A stretch of DNA of 35,814 bases from an uncultured Gammaproteobacteria bacterium (lineage in GTDB: Bacteria > Patescibacteriota > Patescibacteriia > Patescibacteriales > JAGXOH01), in contig CAZEHL010000005.1 of assembly GCA_964512155.1 (NCBI GenBank), positions 1 through 35,814 of the forward strand, given 5' to 3'. Below, piece by piece: positions 25,038 through 34,289 of this stretch. The translations under genes were made by a program, and so were the position numbers. The notes beneath the pieces are model-generated. The model worked only from the letters and a program-made list of their open reading frames with translations, was not told where the DNA came from and ran no database searches. Every line of letters starts with the position of its first letter. Within the stretch, counting starts at the first letter, position 1.

Positions 25038-26366
25038 CTAGTTGTTTTTTCTTTTAAAGAAACATTTTTTCAGTTGCCACTGAAAAATAGAACATTTTTT
25101 GCATTCGCCGGGAGTACAGCCATGCGGGAAATATTCTCTGTCCACCGCATGTCTGATAATCTCCGCCAGTCTTTCCAATATTTTCGATGCCGTATTGCCG
25201 AAATCTTTAGCCGGCGGAGCCGGGATTTTCAAACTTCCCCAAAGAATGTTGGAAAAGCCGGTTTCCACTTTGTTGTAATATAAAGGTTCGGTCCCGCTTA
25301 AGACTCCGTCTTTTATCAATTCTTGCCAATGGGGAATTTTATTTCCTCTTCTGAGAAGAATTTCGGCCCTTAAGGCTTTTATTATTTCCGGGAAAATGGC
25401 TTGCCCGATCTTTTTACCGGCGTTTACGAAGATTTGAAAGTTTTTGGTTTCCGGATCCACTTTTATTAGGATCCAAGGGCTGTTTCTGTTTTTTATTTTA
25501 CTTTGAAGCAAGGGATGGGAATTTTCCTTGTCGGAATAGATCATGTATCTGGCCGCCCGCAGAAAGGTGGGACTGGAATTCAAGGAGGTTATAACCGGTA
25601 TATCTCCGAAGATGCGCACTTGAGATTCGACAAAATCACGCGTATCTTTCAGAAACATCGATTGTTCATTGTAAACCGCTTCCAATACCAAACTTGTCCA
25701 TTTTCCTACTTGTTCCGAATCCAGATAAATGAAATAGTGGCAGAAGTTTCGAGGTGAGGCTTTAAACAATTTTTCCGGATCTTCCATTCTTTCTATCCAT
25801 CTTTGCACTGTGTCTATGCCCGGCATGTCCGGATCTTTGTGGATGAATTGTCGGGCTTTGTCCCGGAATATTTCCAAATTGCGATTTAGGTTTGGAGGAT
25901 TATCAAAGAAAGCGTCAAAGATGGGAAGGAAACATTTTTGGTATATTTCCTTGTCGCCCATCGTAAGATGCAGTCTTTTAAGGATCCGGGCGATGTCCAT
26001 GTCATCATTTTCGGTTTTTTTATCTCCCATTTCCACCAATTTTTGCCATTGTTTGACCTTGTTTTCCTCCAATCCCATTGTTCCCTTGTAGCTCAGAAGA
26101 ATATCAAAGGCGGTAGACCGCCTCTCCTCTTTATCTTCCGCTTGGTGATGGTCAAAAATTTCCACCTCCGGTCCTTCACTTATTTCTTCCGGCGCGATAT
26201 CGGCGAAGATAAGTTTTTTTATATCTCCTTTTTTAAGTTTTTCTTTTACCGCTTCCATTCCGAAAACTTTTTCTTGTATCAGATCATTTCTTTCCAATAA
26301 TCTTAAACAGCTTCCGCCGTCAAAGTCGAACTGCTGATGGGTTACCCCTACTATTTTTTTGTTCAT
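25038..26366 (-). CDS. DHH-like phosphoesterase N-terminal domain fused to an uncharacterised about 370-aa region
   Basis: 442 aa. VGVTHQQFDFDGGSCLRLL (motif I DxD plus GS), LIFADIAP (motif II), EIFDHHQ (DHH motif). No obvious DHHA1 GGGH. C-terminal Cys cluster HGCTPGECKKC. GGAGG RBS; 16 nt after the helicase stop. Confidence 0.6.
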   Translation of the reverse strand: MNKKIVGVTHQQFDFDGGSCLRLLERNDLIQEKVFGMEAVKEKLKKGDIKKLIFADIAPEEISEGPEVEIFDHHQAEDKEERRSTAFDILLSYKGTMGLEENKVKQWQKLVEMGDKKTENDDMDIARILKRLHLTMGDKEIYQKCFLPIFDAFFDNPPNLNRNLEIFRDKARQFIHKDPDMPGIDTVQRWIERMEDPEKLFKASPRNFCHYFIYLDSEQVGKWTSLVLEAVYNEQSMFLKDTRDFVESQVRIFGDIPVITSLNSSPTFLRAARYMIYSDKENSHPLLQSKIKNRNSPWILIKVDPETKNFQIFVNAGKKIGQAIFPEIIKALRAEILLRRGNKIPHWQELIKDGVLSGTEPLYYNKVETGFSNILWGSLKIPAPPAKDFGNTASKILERLAEIIRHAVDREYFPHGCTPGECKKCSIFQWQLKKCFFKRKNN

Positions 26367-26382
26367 GAGTTGACCTCCGTTT

Positions 26383-29300
26383 TCAGTTCTCTTCCTTTTT
26401 TTCTTTCAATTTCTTTTCGCTAAGTATTATTTTTCCTTTTTCTCGATCAACATTAATAACCAGAAAAGTTAGGACATCTCCCATTTGAGGCAGGTCTTTT
26501 TCCGGATCCTGTTCGTTTTTCAACGCCATTTCCCCCAAAGGGACGAATCCGTTTAACTTGATATTTTCCCGCAGTATTTTTACTGTGAGACCGGAAATGT
26601 TGCCGCTTTGTTTGTAAGTCATTATTCGGTCGATCTCCGCGTCCACCACATCCCCTTCGTTTAAACTTTTTCCGGCTTTGGCATAGTCGAAATTGGTTTT
26701 AAACGCGTAGGTCCAGGAGTGTTTTACTATTTTTTCTTTATCTTGATCGCTTGCCTCCCAGGTTTCCAGATCCTCCATGGTTAGAAAAAAAGGGAAATGT
26801 AAACATTCGAGATTTTCATCATATTCCCATCCTTTTTCCGCCGGTAGACTGGATCTTTCATATGTTTTTAATTTTTTGAACATATAACAACGATCGTCTT
26901 TTCTTAAGCTTACGGTTATCGGGATTTGGCTGTTTTTCGACAACTCTTGAGGGATGCTTTTGGAAAAAACAGTAAAAAAATGAATTATTTCCGGATTTTG
27001 CCAAGTATAGACGATAACCTTGTTTCGGTCCCGGTCTATTTTTTCCACAAAACCGGCCATTTCTTTTTGGCCGTATTTTTCCGCTTCCAGCTTGATCTCT
27101 TTCAGGTCATCTAAAAAAAGGTTCAATCTGGAAAAGATGGGAAAACCTTCCAAGTTTTTATCTATTACCGGTAAAGTCAGCCAAGTGCCCTCCAAAAGTT
27201 TAAGGGCATTGCCGAAATAAGAAAGACTAATTTCGCCGATGTCCAGCGGAAATTCCAATCCATCTTCCGTTTCCGTTAACACCCATCCTCTCGGGTCTTG
27301 GTAGGATTGAAACACTCCTTTAATTCGAATTCGAATTCGGCCGGCCGATATTATTTCTTTTAAAGATTGGTTGATATCAAACGGTTCCGCTATGGCGAAA
27401 ATGTTTCCGTTATTTCGTTTCCATCCCCGCAGTAGAGCTTTTTTGCCTTTTCTTTCATCTTTCCATCTTACTTCGATTTTACGGTTGATATTGTTAAAAT
27501 TTTCGGCTATCTCCTCGGTTCGATAGTTTATTTGGGGAACGTAGTCGGCCCGCAAATAGTTGTCCATCAACATGGCAAAATCCAGTTCTTCGCCGTATTC
27601 TACCCGCAGTTGGGTCGGTGCTTGCAATAGTTTTCCGATATAGTATTTTCCTCCTTTGGGATAAACCAACAGTCTGCTTCCCGGAGGGATGATTTGATCC
27701 GGGAACAATTCCGGAGTAAAATCGGAGTTTATATCCGGTTTCATTAAAGCGCAAGCCACCGATACCATTTTTTCTTCGCCGTTTACCAATCCTTTTTTCT
27801 TGGTGGCGGTTAATAGAATGGCCCTATCTCCTTCTTGCCAATTGCCGGCGCAAGCATCGGAAATAAATCCGGTTACTTTTTCGTTTTCTTTTAGTTGATA
27901 GATCAATCCTTTTTCGCTTCCTTTTATTTCCACTTCTCTTCCTTTCAAAATTTCGGATAGTATAAGCCGTAATTTGGATACCCTGGTCAAATCTATTTCC
28001 CGAGGGGATCTGTTTTCGGCTTTGGCCAAAAATATTTCTCTTATTTCCAGATATTTATCGAGTATTTCTTGGAGGGCGGAGTTGTTAACAAAGTTTTTGG
28101 TCGCCCAATCTTTGTCCTTACCTTCTTCTCGGGATCTTTTAAAGCAGTAAATTATTTTCAGGAGAAATTCCAGATCGTCGCGACATCCGATTTGCAAGGC
28201 ATCCAGAATTTTTGATACCCGCATTTTGGTTTCGGCGGTCCACCTGGGATCCCAAACCAAAATTCCATGCATGGGATGAGAACTTTCGGCTCCGGTTCTG
28301 GCCTCTCCTTTATCCGTTTCCAGGGAGGAAATTAAAGCCAACATTTCCTCCAAACATCCTTGATGATCCGCCGTATCCAAAAGGATTTTCTTTTGAATGG
28401 TTAAGGGTATCCGAAAGGATTCCAGTCCGTCTTCGGTTACGTTTCCTTGATCATCCACGTACTTCCCTTGAAAAAGAGAGGAAAGGGATCTGTCCATTTC
28501 ATAACCGAAAGCATGGTCGTTGGCATTTTCTCCGATAAAAGAGAAATTGTCACGGATGCCGGCGGATTTAATGTTAAGGAGAACTTCATCGGCTTGACTT
28601 CGGAATACTTCCGGGACGGTTTGGTCCCGGAAGGCGTTGAATTGTTCTCGGCTATACAGGCAATATACATATCCTTTGGCGTTTCTCCCCACTCTGCCGA
28701 ATCTTTGTTTGCACCCGGCTTGGCTGTGCCGAATATTGGGGAGGGTGGAAGTCAGACTTTCCGGGTCCCATTGGGATTGTTTGATAAAACCGGATTCCAC
28801 TAAAAAAACAATGTCATCCAAAGTATGGGAGGTTTCCGCAATGTCGGTAGTAAGCAAGACTCTTCTGACTTTGCCTTTTTTGTTGAATCTCCTTGAAACT
28901 TCTTCTTCTCCTAAGCGGCTAAAAATAGGCAGAATCGGAATTTTATTTCCGCCCGGAATATTGACTATTTTTTCTTCGATCAATTCTCGGGATCTTTCGA
29001 TCACCGCTTCCCCGGGAAGAAATACCAGAATACTTCCCGTTTTAGTGTTTTTTAAGATCTCGATCACATAAGAAGCGGCCGCTTGGGGTAATTGCCCCTC
29101 TTCGGGAGGGGATTCCATGAATTTCCAGAAGTTTTTCCTGATTTTTTCCTTGCGGCATAGCCAGCAATCGCAATCCTTTTTAGGCCCGTCTTGCCAAAAA
29201 TGGACGGTATAGTCGGTTTTTTCTTCCAAGTCTTGGGAGAGATCCAGAACATCGGTATCTATTCCTTTGTTTTCGAAAGCGTTTTTGAATTCTTTAATGT

Positions 29301-30099
29301 TTATAGTGGCCGAGGCTATAATGGCCTTTAAATGGGGGTGCAAAGGAAGCTTGTATTGAAGAAGAGCTAAAAGACTATCTATATTCAAGCTTCTTTTATG
29401 TGCTTCATCCACCATAATAAGGCTGTATCGGCCTATGTGTCCGTCCCTTATCCAATTTCTCAAGGATCCGTCGGTTACTACCACTCCCAAGTTATGATTG
29501 TCATAGTCCTCTCTCCCTCGATGTCTTAGTCCCAATATTCCCAAAGGTTTAACCGAAGATTGTTTCAGCTCTTTTTCACTGACCACCTCCGGTATTCTTT
29601 CCACCGCCGCGCTTAAAGGTTGGGTTTGGATAACCTGGCCTTGATGCAACAAGTCGTCGATAAAACTGCCTTGATATTGCGGGGGAGGGTCCAGTAATCT
29701 ATACAGGACGTAAACGGATTTACCGGTGCCGGTGGGACTGGCCAAAACCACTACCTGGTTCTTTTCAAGTTTTTCATATAATTGCTCGATATGATCATCG
29801 GTCATTCTAACCCTTAAGCCGGATTCTTCCTTTGATTCGGGGATCTCGGTATAGCTTCGATCTCCGTGGGAAGCATAATTGCTCCGGCAATAAAGAGAGG
29901 GGATCATAACCCGCCGGGAAGGAAGTTGACGAAAATAACTTATTCTTATTTCCCTTTTATCCTTCCGCCGACTTTTCCTGCATTTGTCACATCTTTCCGG
30001 GAGACTTTCTCCTTTTTCCGTCATATACTCCAACACTTTGGTGGAGATAACCACCATATTCTGACAACTTTTACACCTATAGCTCAATTCTTTTGTCAT
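26383..30099 (-). CDS. DEAH/RHA-type (HrpA-like) helicase with N-terminal zinc ribbon and C-terminal S1 domain
   Basis: 1238 aa. CKSCQ...CDKC ribbon, motif I ASPTGTGKS, II MVDEAHKRS, III ASAT, V TDIAETSHT, VI QRFGRVGR. C-terminal S1-like GDVVDAEIDRI...GFVPLGEM...GDVLTFLVINVDREKGKIILSEKK. Confidence 0.88.
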   Translation of the reverse strand: MTKELSYRCKSCQNMVVISTKVLEYMTEKGESLPERCDKCRKSRRKDKREIRISYFRQLPSRRVMIPSLYCRSNYASHGDRSYTEIPESKEESGLRVRMTDDHIEQLYEKLEKNQVVVLASPTGTGKSVYVLYRLLDPPPQYQGSFIDDLLHQGQVIQTQPLSAAVERIPEVVSEKELKQSSVKPLGILGLRHRGREDYDNHNLGVVVTDGSLRNWIRDGHIGRYSLIMVDEAHKRSLNIDSLLALLQYKLPLHPHLKAIIASATINIKEFKNAFENKGIDTDVLDLSQDLEEKTDYTVHFWQDGPKKDCDCWLCRKEKIRKNFWKFMESPPEEGQLPQAAASYVIEILKNTKTGSILVFLPGEAVIERSRELIEEKIVNIPGGNKIPILPIFSRLGEEEVSRRFNKKGKVRRVLLTTDIAETSHTLDDIVFLVESGFIKQSQWDPESLTSTLPNIRHSQAGCKQRFGRVGRNAKGYVYCLYSREQFNAFRDQTVPEVFRSQADEVLLNIKSAGIRDNFSFIGENANDHAFGYEMDRSLSSLFQGKYVDDQGNVTEDGLESFRIPLTIQKKILLDTADHQGCLEEMLALISSLETDKGEARTGAESSHPMHGILVWDPRWTAETKMRVSKILDALQIGCRDDLEFLLKIIYCFKRSREEGKDKDWATKNFVNNSALQEILDKYLEIREIFLAKAENRSPREIDLTRVSKLRLILSEILKGREVEIKGSEKGLIYQLKENEKVTGFISDACAGNWQEGDRAILLTATKKKGLVNGEEKMVSVACALMKPDINSDFTPELFPDQIIPPGSRLLVYPKGGKYYIGKLLQAPTQLRVEYGEELDFAMLMDNYLRADYVPQINYRTEEIAENFNNINRKIEVRWKDERKGKKALLRGWKRNNGNIFAIAEPFDINQSLKEIISAGRIRIRIKGVFQSYQDPRGWVLTETEDGLEFPLDIGEISLSYFGNALKLLEGTWLTLPVIDKNLEGFPIFSRLNLFLDDLKEIKLEAEKYGQKEMAGFVEKIDRDRNKVIVYTWQNPEIIHFFTVFSKSIPQELSKNSQIPITVSLRKDDRCYMFKKLKTYERSSLPAEKGWEYDENLECLHFPFFLTMEDLETWEASDQDKEKIVKHSWTYAFKTNFDYAKAGKSLNEGDVVDAEIDRIMTYKQSGNISGLTVKILRENIKLNGFVPLGEMALKNEQDPEKDLPQMGDVLTFLVINVDREKGKIILSEKKLKEKKEEN

Positions 30100-30117
30100 T
30101 TTTTGCCTCCTTTGTGA

Positions 30118-32955
30118 TCAATACCAAGGATCCCCCTTTTTATAATAACCGCCGGGGGTCAAAATTCTCGGGGTAACGATCAATTCTCCTTGATATTTCT
30201 TTAATAGATCAAGTATAGCCCTGTAAACACCTATTTCCGCCGATTCCAAACCGGTAGTATGGTATAATTGGAGACTTAAGCCGGACCAATTCCGATTCTT
30301 AATGATGGGAATATAATCCAAAAGGATCCGCATATTTAAACTCAGATCATCTTTCGCGGTTAGATCACCTCTTAGAAATTTTAAGATCTCTTCTACCGAG
30401 TTCCAAGTTCGGCTATAAGCCAGATTCTCTTGATCAGCCGAATTTTCTCTATGCTGGATTTCTCTGTTCCTGATCAGATAACGATCCACGAATTTATCAG
30501 CTTCCATATGGCGGCAAGATACAGTGCCTATATTATACCGAAACAGATCAAGATGATTGTCAGGTCTCTCTAAGGAGGGTAAAGAGAATAAATTAAGAGG
30601 GCCGCCTTGGCTTCCATCTCCATAAGAGATAAAGAGATTCAACTCTTTAGAGGAAGGTAGAGCCCGGATATAATCCCGGATCATCTCCACAAAGACATTG
30701 GCCCGAATTTTACCCAATAAAGAAGCCAATCCGTAAGGAACGCCGATTTTTAACGACTCCCTTAATATCGAATGAGCTTTATCGATCTCCTTCCAGTTAC
30801 CGGCATAGATCCTTTCTTGTTTTTTCCGACTAATATTCTGGTCAACAGAATTCCGAAGCGAAGCGGAAAAGGTAAAGCTTTCCTGATGGAGTTCGGTAGT
30901 CGCTTGTCGGGGCGGTAGGTATTCTTGCTCCCAATGCTTAACTACCACCACTATTCCGCCGGTAACTTCCCGAAGGGGAGATAATAAGGATTCGTTTTTT
31001 ATTTTTTCCTTAAAACCATCCATCTCTTCGGGCCGGACAAAAGGAAGGGTGATGCCTTCCATTTTTCTTTCCCGTTTTAAAGCGGACTCCAATTCTAAGG
31101 AAAGCTCGCCTTCAACATCGGCTATTATCCGATGATTTTGGCTCGCCTCCCTTTCCATAACTTCGCACATTAAAGAGAATTCATGGCCGTAACGCTTCAC
31201 CTCTCTTTTATGGAGTAATTGATAAGCAAACATTACCGCGCTTTCGGAAGCGTTTTGAATGGCGCGATTGGCCCGGGACTCTTCGGATACGTTCCAATAT
31301 TCCTCCGGCACTTCTATTATTTGCAGTTTCTTTTCCTCTTTTCGGGAGGAAAATTGAGCCAAACTCTTAACTTTATACATTCTGTTTTTTATTTCTTCGT
31401 CCAAATAAACATCCATTCGAGCGGGGGCAAAAAATACCTCCACTCCTTTATCCCGAGCTTTTTGAACGAATTTCTCCATTTGTTGCCAATAAGGACAATA
31501 ATAAGGAGAAATATATTCATTGCTTAGAACTAAACATTTGGCTTGGACTCTGCCGCGATCGTTATGAAGTTGTTTTAGGTAACCGACCAACCTGGGTAAT
31601 TCCCGATCCATATTGTGGGGAACAAAAGGTTGGCACAACATCAATATCGGCTCTTCAGCTTTGAACCATCTCTTTTCTCGAAGGTTTTTATGAGAAGGAA
31701 AAGGGAAGCAAAAATCTTGATCACAACTAAGGGTCCACAACCTGTTTTCCTGGGGTTCCAGAAAGCAATGGGCTTTGGCGTTCTCGGTATCTTCCAAAGA
31801 CAATCCCTGATTCATCTCCGCCATAATAGCGTCCCGCAACCGGGTGGCCATAAAAGCGGAGCGTCCGAAATTAAGAGACTCGGCATAAGACAACCTATCC
31901 CCGAAATGATCGGACCCCAAGATCAGAGCTTCCGGCCTGGAAGCATTAAGAAAAGCCCAGACCACTTCTTCCCGAGTCCAAACATTGGTGTAAACCAATT
32001 CGGTTATCACTTCTTTTTTGGCGAATCCCGCTTTTTCCAGCTCCTCAATCCTTTGAATCGCCTTTTCCGGGAGATCCAAAGTCCGAAACCAAAGCTCGAC
32101 CGCCTCGTAATGTTCAATAACTCCTTTATCCGCGCCGGATAAAGAAGTTCCATACTCGGCGGCCAATTCGGTTATCTCCTCGGGAACCGCAACCGGGATC
32201 CGCCATCCTTTTAAGGGATTACCCCGACCGGTGTTATATTCCTGTTTGATCTTGTCCCAATCTTTTTTGGGGGTTATCCTACCGTTCTCATCTTCCCTGA
32301 TATCGCGAGTAAAAGTTAACTTTAGACATCCGCAATAATCACGGCCCCGGGCGAAGGCCTCGCTTAAGAGAATCTTAACCGGATCCCGGGCTGCCACATT
32401 GGGTTGAGGAATAGGAAAAAATTCATCTATTTCCAAACACCCTTCAATAAAACTAAACCGAAAGGCGCCCAAAGCTACCACATAATCCTGGACTTTAAAA
32501 ACAGGGGTACTCCAATCTTGAATAGTGGAACTCCCGGTTTCTTTTTGGCGGTTCCTGATCCGTTGCCAGGCCACTTGGGACCTTGCTTCCAGGTTTTGAT
32601 GATACTCCAGCCATTCGGAGAAAGTATAACCAATATCCAACGGAGCATCCTTTTCCTGCAAGGATACTTCCGCTAAAGGAGCGTCTCCGTTGGCGGAGCG
32701 GGAGATGTCCAAGCAAACGGCCTTACTCTTTATGAAAACGACCGGAACCAAAGTAGATGGCAGATCCGGCCTTTCATGCCGGAGAAGACTGGTGGCTTGG
32801 ATAATATTAATGGGCACCTCCTTGGTGGAGATACCCATAACCTGAAAGCCGTCGATGATCGCGGAACCTTGACTAGATAGAAATTCTCTATAACTCAAGG
32901 GAAACTTTACTTTCAACTGAAGCTGAATTTCTTCCAAGGTGTTTTCTGTAATCAT
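30118..32955 (-). CDS. 945-aa protein: N-terminal SUKH (SMI1/KNR4) domain fused to about 800 aa with no motif recognisable by eye
   Basis: N-terminus LEEIQLQLKVKFPLSYREFLSSQGSAIIDGF...VCLDISRS...YTFSEWLEYH matches the SUKH pattern seen in the three neighbouring small paralogs. GGAGG RBS. 18-nt gaps on both sides. Confidence 0.75.
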   Translation of the reverse strand: MITENTLEEIQLQLKVKFPLSYREFLSSQGSAIIDGFQVMGISTKEVPINIIQATSLLRHERPDLPSTLVPVVFIKSKAVCLDISRSANGDAPLAEVSLQEKDAPLDIGYTFSEWLEYHQNLEARSQVAWQRIRNRQKETGSSTIQDWSTPVFKVQDYVVALGAFRFSFIEGCLEIDEFFPIPQPNVAARDPVKILLSEAFARGRDYCGCLKLTFTRDIREDENGRITPKKDWDKIKQEYNTGRGNPLKGWRIPVAVPEEITELAAEYGTSLSGADKGVIEHYEAVELWFRTLDLPEKAIQRIEELEKAGFAKKEVITELVYTNVWTREEVVWAFLNASRPEALILGSDHFGDRLSYAESLNFGRSAFMATRLRDAIMAEMNQGLSLEDTENAKAHCFLEPQENRLWTLSCDQDFCFPFPSHKNLREKRWFKAEEPILMLCQPFVPHNMDRELPRLVGYLKQLHNDRGRVQAKCLVLSNEYISPYYCPYWQQMEKFVQKARDKGVEVFFAPARMDVYLDEEIKNRMYKVKSLAQFSSRKEEKKLQIIEVPEEYWNVSEESRANRAIQNASESAVMFAYQLLHKREVKRYGHEFSLMCEVMEREASQNHRIIADVEGELSLELESALKRERKMEGITLPFVRPEEMDGFKEKIKNESLLSPLREVTGGIVVVVKHWEQEYLPPRQATTELHQESFTFSASLRNSVDQNISRKKQERIYAGNWKEIDKAHSILRESLKIGVPYGLASLLGKIRANVFVEMIRDYIRALPSSKELNLFISYGDGSQGGPLNLFSLPSLERPDNHLDLFRYNIGTVSCRHMEADKFVDRYLIRNREIQHRENSADQENLAYSRTWNSVEEILKFLRGDLTAKDDLSLNMRILLDYIPIIKNRNWSGLSLQLYHTTGLESAEIGVYRAILDLLKKYQGELIVTPRILTPGGYYKKGDPWY

Positions 32956-32973
32956 TGGTTTACCTCCTTTGCA

Positions 32974-33453
32974 TTAAAATTCTTCTCTTATTTCTCTTTC
33001 TAACTCCATCCTTTTTAGTAGCCATGTCCAGAAATCAGAGGCTTCTAACCAGAAATCCTTGCTTTTTTCTTGAGGGGTGTTGGGATAAGTTTCTTCACTC
33101 GGTGCATCATGTTGCCAAAAAATGACTTTTCCGTGATCTTCGCCTCCGCAAACAAGACAATGATAATCACCGTTACCAATATCATTGAGGGGAATAAGAT
33201 TTTTGGGGAATCTTTCAGGGTGATATTTTTGAAGATCAAGGGCTTCCTTAACTCCTTCTTTTCCTCCAAGTTGTCCTTCCCCCACTGAGAGCCATCCATA
33301 AATTCGTAAAAATTCCTTATACTGTTCGGGGTACTTCACTCCTAAAGCTTCTTCATTTTTCTGAATCTCTTGCTTGCTTAATGGCTCATCATGAGCAAGT
33401 TTCAATCTTACCACTAACTCTTTAACCCGGTTGATTTTTTGTTGCTTGGTCAT
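32974..33453 (-). CDS. SUKH (SMI1/KNR4) family immunity protein
   Basis: 159 aa. EIQKNEEALGVKYPEQYKEFLRIYGW...GNGDYHCLVCGGEDHGKVIFWQHD...KDFWLEASDFWTWLLKRM. Starts 4 nt after the toxin stop. Confidence 0.85.
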   Translation of the reverse strand: MTKQQKINRVKELVVRLKLAHDEPLSKQEIQKNEEALGVKYPEQYKEFLRIYGWLSVGEGQLGGKEGVKEALDLQKYHPERFPKNLIPLNDIGNGDYHCLVCGGEDHGKVIFWQHDAPSEETYPNTPQEKSKDFWLEASDFWTWLLKRMELEREIREEF

Positions 33454-33457
33454 ATAG

Positions 33458-34255
33458 TTAAGTGTTACTTTTTCTTCTTAATTGTTTAGCCTCTTCTACT
33501 TTTTCGTATAAAGCATCAATTACTTTTTTGTGTTTACTATAACCCCCTAAAAAATCTTTAGTCAGCTTTTTCATTATATTTGGCTGCATTCTTTCCCATT
33601 CTTGTCTATTCTCCTCACCTAACTTTTTGCCTTTTTCATGCATCACACCATAATCTTGTCTTCCGTGCGATTTCATAGTTACGACACCAATATTATCTTT
33701 TTCTTGTTCAATATGGTGCCAAGTTACCTTATCATCCCACGGATTATAAGGGTTTCTGCCGGCTAACAGGTTACCCAGATTTTCAATTGTGGGTTGAACA
33801 GGAGAATAGACTTTGATCTCCGGCCATTCTTCTGTTTCCTTGTTTTTATCTGAATCTTCTTCGTCATCCTGAAAAAACTCCACTTTATCACCAGCATCAT
33901 TAAATCCGGGAGTAAAGAAAGGAGAAGGATCTTCTTCTCTTGAGATCAAGAGAGCATCATTGGGGTTGCTGTTTTTTATCCTCTCTGCCAATCTATCCGC
34001 CTCTTGCTCACTAACATCGCCTCTCTCGTATTCTATTATAACATCATTAATTGGCTTGGCGCCATAAATATCTTTCATTTTTTGCATCTGTCTATCAATT
34101 CGCTCTTTTTCTTGTTGTGGCTCCTTTATGTTTTTGTTGACCTCTTCCCATTTTTCCGCGGTAAGATAACTTTTATCTAAACCGCCGTGCTTACCTTGCC
34201 TCGCTTCCTCGATCTTTCTAAAATCTTCATTAGTCACCTCATTGCCACATCCCAT
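33458..34255 (-). CDS. WHH-type HNH/EndoVII-fold nuclease toxin (no recognisable trafficking domain)
   Basis: C-terminal NPWDDKVTWHHIEQEKDNIGVVTMKSHGRQDYGVMHEKG fits the WHH nuclease signature (WHH plus two downstream His). Start placed at ATG 34255 (AGGAGG 7 nt upstream); the track start 34288 overlaps the -10. Confidence 0.7.
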   Translation of the reverse strand: MGCGNEVTNEDFRKIEEARQGKHGGLDKSYLTAEKWEEVNKNIKEPQQEKERIDRQMQKMKDIYGAKPINDVIIEYERGDVSEQEADRLAERIKNSNPNDALLISREEDPSPFFTPGFNDAGDKVEFFQDDEEDSDKNKETEEWPEIKVYSPVQPTIENLGNLLAGRNPYNPWDDKVTWHHIEQEKDNIGVVTMKSHGRQDYGVMHEKGKKLGEENRQEWERMQPNIMKKLTKDFLGGYSKHKKVIDALYEKVEEAKQLRRKSNT

Positions 34256-34289
34256 TTTCGGCCTCCTGTTGGCTTTTAGGTTTAACAAT

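Noticed and set aside
27324-27348. Adjacent palindromes ttcgaattcgaa / tcggccggccga inside the helicase gene
   Set aside because: They lie in-frame in coding sequence (encoding GRIRIRIKG) with no flanking regulatory context. Most likely a coding coincidence.
31615-32142. 175-aa plus-strand ORF inside the 945-aa gene, with similar antisense ORFs at 28212-29071 inside the helicase
   Set aside because: Antisense to long uninterrupted ORFs that have RBSs and tight operon spacing. No independent signals.
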